The notes under the pieces were generated by a model. That model did no database searches, was not told the origin of the DNA, and was given only the letters and a program-made list of their open reading frames with translations. Positions 9,647 to 18,701 of a stretch of 64,000 nt of DNA are shown one piece after another. Both the position numbers and the translations under genes were made by a program. Source of the DNA: an uncultured Gammaproteobacteria bacterium (GTDB taxonomy: Bacteria > Patescibacteriota > Microgenomatia > UBA12405); the NCBI GenBank assembly GCA_964448705.1, contig CAYUZS010000003.1, forward strand, positions 9,384 to 73,383. Reading direction: 5' to 3'. Numbering within the stretch: position 1 is the stretch's first letter; each line of letters opens with the position of its first letter.

Positions 9647-12304
9647 CTATATAGCAATGGTTGGAATAACAATCGGAGTTATAGTCGGAACAGGCGATAA
9701 AGTCGGAGTCGGAGAAGGCGACCAGTCCCACGGTCTGTTTACCCCGATTTTTATTTCCTTACTGGCTGTTGCTCCGTCAATATCGGTAATCACTGTTTTA
9801 AGTGTATATGTTCCGTCATTAAGATGAATACTGCCGCTAAAAGGTCTTTCACTCAATGTCATTTTTGAATTACCATCAGCATATATTTCCACTTTAACGA
9901 TCTTTTTTAAGGAACTTGTACTTACGGTTACTGTAAAATCATTTCCCACTGTTGAACGGTCACTCGGAGAATCAAAATTTGCTGCTACAGTTCCATCGTT
10001 TCGGCAAAATGAAGTTGGCGGATTATATAAACCAGTGTTAGGTTGTTGTGAAATCCAGGAATCAATTCCTTCCTGCCAACGATTCTTTCCATCCGATGAA
10101 ATTGGATCCTCTTCTTTAAGATTATAAAATTCCTGTTCATTATAATTGTTATTATTCACATCCTCCGGTGGAGCCAGTCCCGATTTATCTTTACACACTT
10201 TTAATTTTAAATGAATCGGATCACTAATTTTCGGCTGCGTTCCGTCTATAAAATACATCGTATGAGAAGGGAAACCATCATGAGCCGGATATCCGGAAAC
10301 CAAGTCCACATCCACACTTACGATTTTGTCCGGTATGGAAAAATCTTGTTTCGGTCTTTTCTTAACTTCACTCACCATAATCCTTTTCCAGATCGGGCTG
10401 GCACCGGAAACTCCTGAAGCCACCTTAGTCATCGGCGAATTATCATTATTTCCCACCCACACTGTCGCTAATAAATTCGGAGTCCAGCCAATTGTCCAGT
10501 TGTCTCTTTTGTCATTGGTAGTTCCGGTTTTCGCTGCCACCTGATATCCGGGAACTATTAAACCGTTTACATCACCAAAAGTAATTTTTCGATTATTATT
10601 GTCGGATAAAATATTTGAAATAATAAACGCCTCCTGGGGAGTCATTACACTTTTTCCGATTACTTGTTTGTATTCTTCCAAAACATTTCCATTTCTGTCT
10701 TCCACTTTTAATACTCCCACCGGTTCCACCCGATAACCGCCATTAGCAAACGAAGAATAAGCCGATGCCAAATCGATCATCTTCACACTGGCACCGCCCA
10801 ACGTCACCGCCAATCCGTATTTGCTTAAATTTTCCTGGGTCGGTTCTAAAGTTGCCAATCCCATGTCGTAACCCAAAGACAGCATATTTTTTAAACCCAC
10901 ATTGGCCAGCATTTTGACCGCGGTAGTATTTATTGAATTTCCCAAAGCCTGGGCTAAACTAATTGGCCCTAGATATTTTCCGGTATAATTTTGAGGTTTA
11001 TAATCCGGCTGTCCGCCGCTCCCCGGAAAAGTTACCGGTGTATCCATAATCAAACTGGCAGCTGTCCAACCCTTCTTAATTGCTGCCAAATAAGTAACCG
11101 GTTTGATGGTTGATCCCGGTTGTCTTAGTCCCTGAGTCACCACATTAAATTTTCCTTCAGTCTTTTCACTGTCATAACCTCTCGAACCCACCATTGCCAG
11201 CACTTGACCGTTGGTTGGATCGAGGACTAATGCCGCACCATTACTGATTCCCAATTTTTCAGCTTTATCAATTTCTTCAGAGACAATTTTTTGAACTTCA
11301 TTTTGCATCGTCAAATCTAATGTCGTAGTCACTTTTAAACCGCCGCCTTCAACTACCTCTTCACCATAAGTTTCGGAAAGTAAATCTTTTATCCAAAAAA
11401 CAAAATGAGGTGCTTGTATTTGGGAAGTGTTTTGATAAAACTTGTAGTTTTTCACTTGTTCCATTGCTGCCGTTTTGGTTTCAGCATTAATGAAACCGTC
11501 TTCCACCATTCTTTCCAAAACATGGTCTGTCCTGTCTATATAAAGAGTCGGTGTATTGGAAAAAGGGGAGTAAGCATTCGGTCTTTGGGGTAGCCCGGCC
11601 AATATTGCTGATTCCACCAAGTCCAAATCCTTAACTTCCTTATTAAAATAAGCCTTTGCCGCAGTTCCTACTCCCCAGTTTGCTCCGCCGTATGGAGCCT
11701 CGTTCAGATACATTAACAAAATCTCATCCTTAGAATACTTGGCATCAATTTGAACTGCTAAAATAAATTCTTTAATTTTTCTGGTCACCGTTACTTCTGA
11801 AGTCAGCAGCACATTTTTAACCAACTGCTGAGTTAAGGTCGAACCTCCGGTTAATTTGTGCAAAACAAATACATTTTTAATAATTCTCAACGGTGCCATC
11901 GGATCAAACCCGCCGTGTTTATAAAAATCTTTATCCTCAACCGCAATCGTGGCATTTTTCAAATTTTCAGGTAATTGGTCAAAAGTAACCGGCTGGCGTT
12001 TGGCATCTTTGTAAACATCATAAAGCAGCTCGCCGTTTCTGTCGTATATCTGAGTGCTAAAACCTTCCTTTCTTACCACATTTGTTGGTGTTGGCAAATC
12101 TTTAGAAAACCAGGCAAAAGTAATCAACATTCCCACATATCCCAACACTACCAGTCCTAAAATAACCACAAAAAATTTGTACCACCATTTTCTGTCCGGC
12201 TTCTTAAATTTAAAGTCCAGCATTTGTCTTCTAAAACCTCTTCTTTTCATAACGTGCCATTTTTCTTTAAATTGTAAATACCAATTTATCAATTTTTCTT
12301 TCAT
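9647..12304 (-). CDS. Class A penicillin-binding protein (bifunctional glycosyltransferase/transpeptidase) with C-terminal extension and Pro/Thr-rich tail
   Basis: N-terminal transmembrane helix; GT51 motifs (IAVEDKDFYKHGGFD, GGSTLTQQLVKN); transpeptidase SxxK (GSTIKP); ~200-aa C-terminal extension ending PSPTPTLSPVPTITPIVIPTIAI. Confidence 0.85.
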   Translation of the reverse strand: MKEKLINWYLQFKEKWHVMKRRGFRRQMLDFKFKKPDRKWWYKFFVVILGLVVLGYVGMLITFAWFSKDLPTPTNVVRKEGFSTQIYDRNGELLYDVYKDAKRQPVTFDQLPENLKNATIAVEDKDFYKHGGFDPMAPLRIIKNVFVLHKLTGGSTLTQQLVKNVLLTSEVTVTRKIKEFILAVQIDAKYSKDEILLMYLNEAPYGGANWGVGTAAKAYFNKEVKDLDLVESAILAGLPQRPNAYSPFSNTPTLYIDRTDHVLERMVEDGFINAETKTAAMEQVKNYKFYQNTSQIQAPHFVFWIKDLLSETYGEEVVEGGGLKVTTTLDLTMQNEVQKIVSEEIDKAEKLGISNGAALVLDPTNGQVLAMVGSRGYDSEKTEGKFNVVTQGLRQPGSTIKPVTYLAAIKKGWTAASLIMDTPVTFPGSGGQPDYKPQNYTGKYLGPISLAQALGNSINTTAVKMLANVGLKNMLSLGYDMGLATLEPTQENLSKYGLAVTLGGASVKMIDLASAYSSFANGGYRVEPVGVLKVEDRNGNVLEEYKQVIGKSVMTPQEAFIISNILSDNNNRKITFGDVNGLIVPGYQVAAKTGTTNDKRDNWTIGWTPNLLATVWVGNNDNSPMTKVASGVSGASPIWKRIMVSEVKKRPKQDFSIPDKIVSVDVDLVSGYPAHDGFPSHTMYFIDGTQPKISDPIHLKLKVCKDKSGLAPPEDVNNNNYNEQEFYNLKEEDPISSDGKNRWQEGIDSWISQQPNTGLYNPPTSFCRNDGTVAANFDSPSDRSTVGNDFTVTVSTSSLKKIVKVEIYADGNSKMTLSERPFSGSIHLNDGTYTLKTVITDIDGATASKEIKIGVNRPWDWSPSPTPTLSPVPTITPIVIPTIAI

Positions 12305-12450
12305 CTCAGCCAGCCAACAAACTTAAAAAAGGAGCAACACTCCCCAACAATAAAACCAGCATCGCCAAAATAAGAATCAATCTCGTTATTTGATCCTTTT
12401 TAATCTTCATACCCAATATTTTCATCAACAAATGATAACATAATCTCATC

Positions 12451-14424
12451 ATGGTTAGCCTTTCCGGTATTCCCCACCTCGGCCCAAAAACTATTGAAAA
12501 ACTTAATCGCTTAGGGATTTTTTCTTCTCAGGATTTACTTTATCATTTTCCCCACCGTTACATTGATTTTTCCCACTGTTCCAAAATTTCTGATTCGGTT
12601 GTCAACTCCAATGTCACTGTCACCGGTACCGTTATATATTTTAAAAACATTTTTACCAGAAACCATAAAAATATCCAAAAAGCAGTCATAGAGGATAGTA
12701 GCGGACAATTGGATCTTATTTGGTTTAATCAACCGTATCTTTCCAAAAACTTAGTTATTGGTCAAAAATTTAGTTTTGCCGGCACTGTCTCACTTTATCT
12801 GAATAAAAAGACCATTATTTCTCCTGTTTACGGTCAATATAACACCGGAAAAATAATTGCTGTTTATCCGGAAACCTCCGGTCTTAATTCCACCTGGTTT
12901 CGAAAAACAATTTCTGCCAATTTATCTGCTCTTCTTCCCAATAAAGATCCGCTGCCGTCCTTCATTTTAAAAAAATATAAATTGGTTGATTTAAGTTCCG
13001 CCCTCACTCAAATTCATCAGCCAGACAACCAATCACTGCTTCAAAAAGCCAAATACCGTCTTGGTTTGGATGAAATCCTTTCTCTTCAGTCTCAATCTTA
13101 TCTTCTCCGTCAGTCATGGGAGTCCCAAACTCCGGCTTTCACATTTAAAGACTTTAGCAAAATTGATTCTTTTATCAAAAAACTTCCTTTTAAATTAACT
13201 GCCTCTCAAATCAATGCCTGGCAGGAAATAAAACAAGATCTGCTTTCCTCGACTCCCGCCAATCGTTTACTTCAGGGTGATGTTGGTTCCGGCAAGACTA
13301 TTATTGCCCTTTTATCCTGTCTTTTGGCTCATCTCAATCGTTCCACCAGCCTTTTAATTGCTCCCACTGAAATCTTAGCTCAGCAGCATTTTCAAACTTT
13401 TTCTCAACTTTTAAAAAAACTCCCCATAGTTCTTATAACCGGCAAAACAAAGCACAAAAATATTCCCAAAGGTTCCATTGTCATTGCCACCCATGCTGCT
13501 ATTTATCGTCAGTCATCTTTTAAAAATCACATCGGTTTATTAATTATTGATGAACAGCACAAATTTGGTGTCGCCCAGAGATCATTTCTTTCCAAAAGTC
13601 TCCATCCACCGCATTGCCTAACAATGACTGCCACCCCGATTCCCAGAACTATCAGTTTAACCGTTCTGGGAAATTTAAATCTTTCCCAATTAAAAGAACT
13701 TCCTTCCGGTCGTCTGCCGATTAAAACTTTCCTTGTTCCTCAGTCCAAATATTCGGATTGTTATCGGTGGTTAGAAGAAAAAATAAATCAAAGCGGTCAA
13801 CAAGCCTTTATTGTTTGCCCTTTTATCGAACCTTCGGAAACTCTGAATTCGGTTAAATCTGCTAAGCAGCTTTTTAGTCATCTCCAATCTTCTGTTTTTC
13901 CTAAACTAACTTTAGGTCTTGTCCATGGCAAAACTTCAACTTCTGACAGACAAAAAATATTTCAGCAGTATTCACAAAATAAAATTAATATTCTGGTCAC
14001 CACTCCCATTATCGAAGTCGGCATCGATTTTCCCAATGCCACTACTATTATTATTCAGTCTGCTGATCGTTTTGGCCTGGCTCAACTTCACCAGCTTCGC
14101 GGCCGCGTAGGTAGGGGAGCCGACCAAAGTTATTGTTATCTTTTTACCGAATCAGATTCCGAAAAAGCTCAAAAAAGACTACAAATGCTCACCCGTACTG
14201 TTGATGGTCAAAAAATCGCCGAGTACGACCTTCAAACCCGCGGCCCCGGAGAAGCTTTCTCCGTTATTCAACATGGATTTCCCTCTTTAAAAATTGCCAG
14301 TTATTCGGATTTCGAACTAATCTCTTTAGGACAACAAATTATCAAAACTCTCCTCGATCATCAATTTGCTTTAAAAAAATTAGTTGTTGCTAAAGCTGTT
14401 GTTGATATTGGTTCTGCTAACTAA
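12451..14424 (+). CDS. recG: ATP-dependent DNA helicase RecG
   Basis: SF2 helicase motifs (GDVGSGKT, DEQH, QLRGRVGRG); N-terminal wedge-like region; 657 aa; CATAAT 6 nt before the ATG. Confidence 0.75.
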   Translation: MVSLSGIPHLGPKTIEKLNRLGIFSSQDLLYHFPHRYIDFSHCSKISDSVVNSNVTVTGTVIYFKNIFTRNHKNIQKAVIEDSSGQLDLIWFNQPYLSKNLVIGQKFSFAGTVSLYLNKKTIISPVYGQYNTGKIIAVYPETSGLNSTWFRKTISANLSALLPNKDPLPSFILKKYKLVDLSSALTQIHQPDNQSLLQKAKYRLGLDEILSLQSQSYLLRQSWESQTPAFTFKDFSKIDSFIKKLPFKLTASQINAWQEIKQDLLSSTPANRLLQGDVGSGKTIIALLSCLLAHLNRSTSLLIAPTEILAQQHFQTFSQLLKKLPIVLITGKTKHKNIPKGSIVIATHAAIYRQSSFKNHIGLLIIDEQHKFGVAQRSFLSKSLHPPHCLTMTATPIPRTISLTVLGNLNLSQLKELPSGRLPIKTFLVPQSKYSDCYRWLEEKINQSGQQAFIVCPFIEPSETLNSVKSAKQLFSHLQSSVFPKLTLGLVHGKTSTSDRQKIFQQYSQNKINILVTTPIIEVGIDFPNATTIIIQSADRFGLAQLHQLRGRVGRGADQSYCYLFTESDSEKAQKRLQMLTRTVDGQKIAEYDLQTRGPGEAFSVIQHGFPSLKIASYSDFELISLGQQIIKTLLDHQFALKKLVVAKAVVDIGSAN

Positions 14425-14498
14425 CGGTTTTCCTCTGTTTCCTAAATAAAAATCTTCTCCGGCTAACTTTTTTCCCATTAATTTGCTACAATATCCCC

Positions 14499-14654
14499 AT
14501 GACAGCATTACCTAAACATTGGCCAAGTTCACGCCGCCAAGGCAAACGACGTGCCACTCATACTGGACCTAAAATCCAAAAAACCATCAATTGTAAACAG
14601 TGCGGCCAACCTAAATTAGCCGGTTTTCAATGTCCCAATTGTAAACAATTGTGA
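14499..14654 (+). CDS. rpmF: 50S ribosomal protein L32
   Basis: 51-aa ORF below the ORF-track cutoff, hand-translated: MTALPKHWPSSRRQGKRRATHTGPKIQKTINCKQCGQPKLAGFQCPNCKQL (CxxC…CxxC zinc ribbon); extended -10 TGCTACAAT 6 nt before the ATG. Confidence 0.8.
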   Translation: MTALPKHWPSSRRQGKRRATHTGPKIQKTINCKQCGQPKLAGFQCPNCKQL

Positions 14655-15019
14655 AAAGTCACCAAGACCCCAGACATCTTCGACGTATCAAAAATATGCA
14701 GGCAGTCTTTGCTTGGAGCAGTAACAGTTCAAATCCAACTTCTTCCGATTCTAAGGAAATAATTGAACATATTGAAGAAATTGATAGCTTTATCAAAGCT
14801 AATGCTCCGAAATGGCCTTTAAACGAAATGAATCACGTTGATTTATCCATTCTTCGATGTGCTGTTTGGGAATTAAAATATCAACCCAAAACACCGCCAA
14901 AAGTTGTCATAGATGAAGCGGTTGAATTAGCCAAAGAATTCGGTACTGAATCCAGTTCCTCTTTTGTCAATGGCTGTTTGGGGAGTATTATTAAGCAAAC
15001 AAATGAACCAGAACTTTGA
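14651..15019 (+). CDS. nusB: Transcription antitermination factor NusB
   Basis: GTG start overlapping the rpmF stop; NusB-like helices (…ILRCAVWELKYQP…VIDEAVELAKEFG…FVNGCLG). Confidence 0.75.
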   Translation: MKSHQDPRHLRRIKNMQAVFAWSSNSSNPTSSDSKEIIEHIEEIDSFIKANAPKWPLNEMNHVDLSILRCAVWELKYQPKTPPKVVIDEAVELAKEFGTESSSSFVNGCLGSIIKQTNEPEL

Positions 15020-15695
15020 AGATCTTCAAAAAATAATCGGCACTAAATTTAAAAATCCGGAGCTTTTAAACCAAGCTCTAATTCATCGCTCTTATCTTAA
15101 CGAAAATAAAGCCGACCATCTCCAATCAAATGAAAGGTTGGAATATCTCGGCGACGCTGTTTTAGAATTATGGTCCTCAGAAGCTCTTTTTCGTATGTTT
15201 CCGGAATATCCTGAAGGAAAAATGACCAATCTTCGCGCTTTAATTGTTTGTACTGAAAATTTATCTAAAGTTTCGGCAAAATTCAATTTAGGCCAATTTG
15301 TAATGCTTAGCCGCGGCGAAGAAACCCACCAAGGTCGTCTGAATCAATCCATTTTAGCGGACACTTTTGAAAGTGTTATCGGTGCTATTTATCTGGATAG
15401 TGGTTTTCCTGCTGTGGTTAAATTTCTTAATAAATTTCTTCTTCCAAGTCTTGAGGAAATTTCTCATTCTAAAAATTTAAAAGATCCTAAAAGCCTTTTT
15501 CAGGAAATTGCTCAAGCCAAAAAGGGGATTACTCCTCATTATCAAACTGTTAGTGAAGTCGGTCCCGATCATCAAAAAATCTTCGAAGTTGGGGTATTTC
15601 TTGATAAAGAGCTGATTGCTACCGGTAAAGGTAACTCCAAACAAAAGGCCGAAGAATCCGCCGCCATCAAAGCCGCTAAATTATTTTCAAATTAA
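15003..15695 (+). CDS. rnc: Ribonuclease III
   Basis: RNase III signature ERLEYLGDAVLEL; C-terminal dsRBD; start taken at MNQNFEDLQK (15003), overlapping the nusB end (ORF track in-frame start at 14964). Confidence 0.9.
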   Translation: MNQNFEDLQKIIGTKFKNPELLNQALIHRSYLNENKADHLQSNERLEYLGDAVLELWSSEALFRMFPEYPEGKMTNLRALIVCTENLSKVSAKFNLGQFVMLSRGEETHQGRLNQSILADTFESVIGAIYLDSGFPAVVKFLNKFLLPSLEEISHSKNLKDPKSLFQEIAQAKKGITPHYQTVSEVGPDHQKIFEVGVFLDKELIATGKGNSKQKAEESAAIKAAKLFSN

Positions 15696-16652
15696 ATTCT
15701 GTAGAACGTTCACGTAAGCAATCGAATAAGAAAGTTCTTTAAACGAGTTGTAAATTATGTCTTTGTTAAGCAAGTAGCCCCTGTTTTTCTTTTGTTCTGC
15801 ACCAGTAAAACATTTGTTAAAACATTCTGCATATAATTTGTCCGGATCTAGATCTGAATTACCATATATTCCAATCTCAAACAAGCTAATTTGTATTGAT
15901 TGTAAAACATTCCCTAACTTTACTAAAAATAACTCCGGATAATATTTTTTCAAAAAGTTCAGTTCAAATCGGACCGCCGCTTTCTCATTTCCGTATTTTT
16001 TCTTTCTTAATTTATCTTTTTTGAAACATTTCAACATATCAAACACATGCCCAATTTCGTGTACTAAATCCATTGCCTGATGCCTTTGACTTAACCTGCC
16101 ATCAAGAATAACCTTAAATACATCCAATTCTTTCTCATATTTCATTCTTGAATCTTCTTCCGTTAATAATATCTTTATTTTGTCTTTGTTCTTTTTCAAA
16201 ACAGGGTATTTTCCGACAATAAAGTCAAATATTTTATCTGCATTCACAAACGGAAAAGATTTAGACCGGCAAATAAAACAATAGTTATTCGACTCTTTTT
16301 CCTCAAACATCTTTTTGTCCAAAACCACCTTTTGATTTATATATCCAATTACTTTATCAACATCATTCAAAAAATTTTTATATTCTACTTCTGGAATCCC
16401 AAACAAATAACTATACATCTCCACTCTCGAACGAAAATTTCTATTATGATACCTGTTTTTTTCTTTCACCACCAACAACCATTTACTTTTTATATCATCA
16501 AAATTAATATCATCCCATATTTCGTTCCGTCTTCTATGTAATTCCTCCAAATACTCTTCCGGATAGCTAATTAAAAAATCACTCCCCGCCTTAAATTCAG
16601 GTGGGGGATTATATAATTTAACAAAAGGTGGTAGCTTTTTTCCACTATTCAT
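15687..16652 (-). CDS. Hypothetical HExxH zincin-like protein (putative metallopeptidase)
   Basis: HEIGHVFDM motif in a 321-aa protein with no other recognisable family features; AT-rich codon usage; last gene of a four-gene minus-strand cassette. Confidence 0.5.
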   Translation of the reverse strand: MNSGKKLPPFVKLYNPPPEFKAGSDFLISYPEEYLEELHRRRNEIWDDINFDDIKSKWLLVVKEKNRYHNRNFRSRVEMYSYLFGIPEVEYKNFLNDVDKVIGYINQKVVLDKKMFEEKESNNYCFICRSKSFPFVNADKIFDFIVGKYPVLKKNKDKIKILLTEEDSRMKYEKELDVFKVILDGRLSQRHQAMDLVHEIGHVFDMLKCFKKDKLRKKKYGNEKAAVRFELNFLKKYYPELFLVKLGNVLQSIQISLFEIGIYGNSDLDPDKLYAECFNKCFTGAEQKKNRGYLLNKDIIYNSFKELSYSIAYVNVLQNLI

Positions 16653-16840
16653 TACATTATCAGTGTATCAATAACCTTCTGTCTGTTTTCAGAATCATCT
16701 TCATTTTTTAGATCCTCCAAAATGGAGACAACACACAAAAGGTCAGGATCCTCTTCACTGTTTCCAATCATTTCCATTCTCACATCTCCCCCCAAGTTCT
16801 TCAGAAATCTCCATGATACTTTATCAGACTTGTACAACAA
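16652..16840 (-). CDS. Small acidic hypothetical protein (62 aa)
   Basis: Stop/start overlap with the downstream HExxH gene (ATGA) suggests translational coupling. Confidence 0.35.
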   Translation of the reverse strand: MLYKSDKVSWRFLKNLGGDVRMEMIGNSEEDPDLLCVVSILEDLKNEDDSENRQKVIDTLIM

Positions 16841-16931
16841 AACTGCCTACTTAATAGCTTTTTTAAGTACAAAAATCGGAACATCGCCATTATTTTTTCT
16901 GTCTGTTCCAATCAACTCATTAAGAAATATT

Positions 16932-17264
16932 CTACTTACCATAGTTTGTATACTTGTTTTCTAAATAGCCTTTCATGAAAATTATCTTCTTTTCTATCTC
17001 AGAAAAATTACGTCGATTCATTTTAACTTCCATAAGATATTCCACAAATCCATACAAAGTTTCATCAAATTCCAGATTATCAGCCATTTCCCAATACAAG
17101 TCCTCGCACAAGGAAATCAGAAAGTTTATGTCTATCTCTTTGTTCACATATTTTTGCAAAGCAAGTTTCAAAGCTTTCTCAATATAGATTATAGGAATAC
17201 CTCCATTATCAGACCGAAATACCTCAAGGTTATTTTTAAAAAAAACATCTTCTCCTAAAATCAT
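16932..17264 (-). CDS. Hypothetical protein (110 aa, acidic, helical)
   Basis: ORF in the AT-rich cassette; no recognisable motif. Confidence 0.4.
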   Translation of the reverse strand: MILGEDVFFKNNLEVFRSDNGGIPIIYIEKALKLALQKYVNKEIDINFLISLCEDLYWEMADNLEFDETLYGFVEYLMEVKMNRRNFSEIEKKIIFMKGYLENKYTNYGK

Positions 17265-17345
17265 TTTATTTATTTTGTTTTAGAAAGTTTTTTTTGTATA
17301 TTTTTTCCCTATCTCATCTAAATTCGAGTAAACCAGTGCCATATT

Positions 17346-17837
17346 TTATGACATTAATTTAGTCAATTCAGTCAAAGTTCTCAATATATCTCTTAACTTC
17401 TGCCTATCCATTTCATCAAACGACCATTTATTCTGAAGAACCATCCACAGACTAAGTAATTCTTTATACATCTTTATGAATTGGACGCTATGCCTACCAA
17501 TAAACAATTTTCCATAGTCTATACTGCCAAGATTAAATGTTTCTACCGGTAAATACCTTTCAAAAACATAGTTATAAAAAAGAAAATACTCCTTGGGCTT
17601 TTTTCCTTCAATCAAATAAATAGCATATTCCACCATTATTTTTAAGGAAAACACCATTTCCGTAAATCTTTCATTAGAAAAGTCACAATTTATACTCATT
17701 TCCTGCATAAAATAATTATATATTCCACAGAGCACTTTTTCACTAATGTTTGTCCCCCTACTTAAAAGTAGAGGGACAAATGAAAGTAAACTAAGTGCTC
17801 TGTGTTTAACTACCAGAGCTTTTGCCAGGCCGTTCAC
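17346..17837 (-). CDS. Hypothetical protein; likely true start at MQEMSINCDF (about 17708), because the first ~43 codons of the tracked ORF are encoded by a long inverted repeat
   Basis: ORF-track 163 aa; N-terminal 40 residues coincide with the 17726-17804 hairpin, so the in-frame ATG at 17706-17708 preceded by a U-rich tract is the likelier start. Confidence 0.4.
   Translation of the reverse strand: MNGLAKALVVKHRALSLLSFVPLLLSRGTNISEKVLCGIYNYFMQEMSINCDFSNERFTEMVFSLKIMVEYAIYLIEGKKPKEYFLFYNYVFERYLPVETFNLGSIDYGKLFIGRHSVQFIKMYKELLSLWMVLQNKWSFDEMDRQKLRDILRTLTELTKLMS
17726..17804. repeat. ~79-bp imperfect inverted repeat (outer 12-bp perfect arms CACAGAGCACTT / AAGTGCTCTGTG; inner 13-bp arms TGTCCCCCTACTT / AAGTAGAGGGACA with one mismatch)
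   Basis: Read directly from the sequence; on the minus strand it is followed by UAUAUAAUUAUUUU and then the AUG at 17708, i.e. a terminator/attenuator-like hairpin abutting a start codon. Confidence 0.6.
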
Positions 17838-18100
17838 TGCCCCAGTTCACACCTTCACGTTGCTGGCCAATATTAGCCCAGCGATGCGAACCATAATCTG
17901 GTGAGTCCGGATTGACAATCTTCTGATTTATCTGTGACAAACTGCCATCGGAATTCAGATTCGGCCAGGTTTTTACGGTATTCAAGGGATTATTGAATGG
18001 ACTTTTGGGGAACATTTTTCCCTAACCTTTCTTTTTTCTGGTGGACATGTGGCGACACATGTCCGGTTGAATAAAATTAGAGAAACACTCCTTTCTGGCC
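17805..18100 (-). ncRNA. GC-rich (~50-55%) structured segment in an AT-rich context: candidate cis-regulatory leader or small RNA of unknown class
   Basis: Local GC far above the flanks; perfect 9-bp hairpin GGACATGTG-GCGA-CACATGTCC (18043-18064, GNRA tetraloop); GTTCAC direct repeats at 17832, 17845 and 17854; the only ORF here (17806-18015, 69 aa, Pro-rich) has no support. Confidence 0.25.
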
Positions 18101-18321
18101 AAAGCCGTTTTTTGAAAGAACCATCGTATAATTATCGAGCGTTTACGATAATCACGATATAAATATATTACCACAAGATACGTAAAAATCAATGTTTCCT
18201 TTTTTTACGCATTTGTTACATACAAATAATTTATAGGACATATATCACATCATCAGAACAATATAACAAGTTTTTATTTCCAGCTTTCAACTTTTTATTT
18301 TTTCCTGTATAATTCCCCAGT

Positions 18322-18684
18322 ATGCTCAAGATCAAACTCTTTCCAAAAGGAAAAAAACATCAAAGAACTTTTCGAATAGTTGTGGCCGAAGCCCGCAGCA
18401 AATTTAACGGCAAAGTTGTTGCCGATTTGGGTTTCGTTACCCCTCAGACTAAAACCATTCAAGTCAACAAAGAATCCCTGGAACAATGGGTAAAAAATGG
18501 TGCTCAAGTAACCACCGGTGTTGATAAAATTTTAAACCCCGAAAAATATCCTAAAAAGGTAAAAGTTAAAGAAACTAAAGCTCCTCAGGAAGAAATGCCA
18601 GAAGCCGCTCCGGCTGTAGAAACAGAAGTTAAAGAAACCCCTGTTGCTGAAACCGAAGTTAAAGAAGCTCCGTCCGAAAATTAA
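18322..18684 (+). CDS. rpsP: 30S ribosomal protein S16 with Lys/Glu/Pro-rich C-terminal extension
   Basis: MLKIKLFPKGKKHQRTFRIVVAEARSKFNGKVVADLGF... matches bS16; TGTATAAT 8 nt upstream. Confidence 0.85.
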   Translation: MLKIKLFPKGKKHQRTFRIVVAEARSKFNGKVVADLGFVTPQTKTIQVNKESLEQWVKNGAQVTTGVDKILNPEKYPKKVKVKETKAPQEEMPEAAPAVETEVKETPVAETEVKEAPSEN

Positions 18685-18701
18685 TTGTTTACTCTCTTCT
18701 T

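Noticed and set aside
14499-14654. Apparent frameshift in the L32 gene at an A-run
   Set aside because: The suspicion came from a miscount on my part. The reading frame is continuous for 51 codons and is consistent with the GTG start of nusB at 14651 given by the ORF track.
17806-18015. 69-aa Pro-rich ORF as a real gene
   Set aside because: It has no motif and no start context. It lies in a GC-rich segment with hairpins, so a non-coding structured RNA or leader is the likelier explanation. It is kept only as an alternative.
17805-18100. RNase P RNA, SRP RNA, tmRNA or a common riboswitch class in the GC-rich segment
   Set aside because: I could not find the conserved cores on either strand: the P4 strands GGAAAGUCCGG and CCGGCUUA, the SRP domain IV GNRA-loop context, the tmRNA tRNA-like 3' end, or TPP/FMN/SAM/T-box boxes. 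The only partial match was an AGUCCGG heptamer. I report the segment only as an unclassified structured element.
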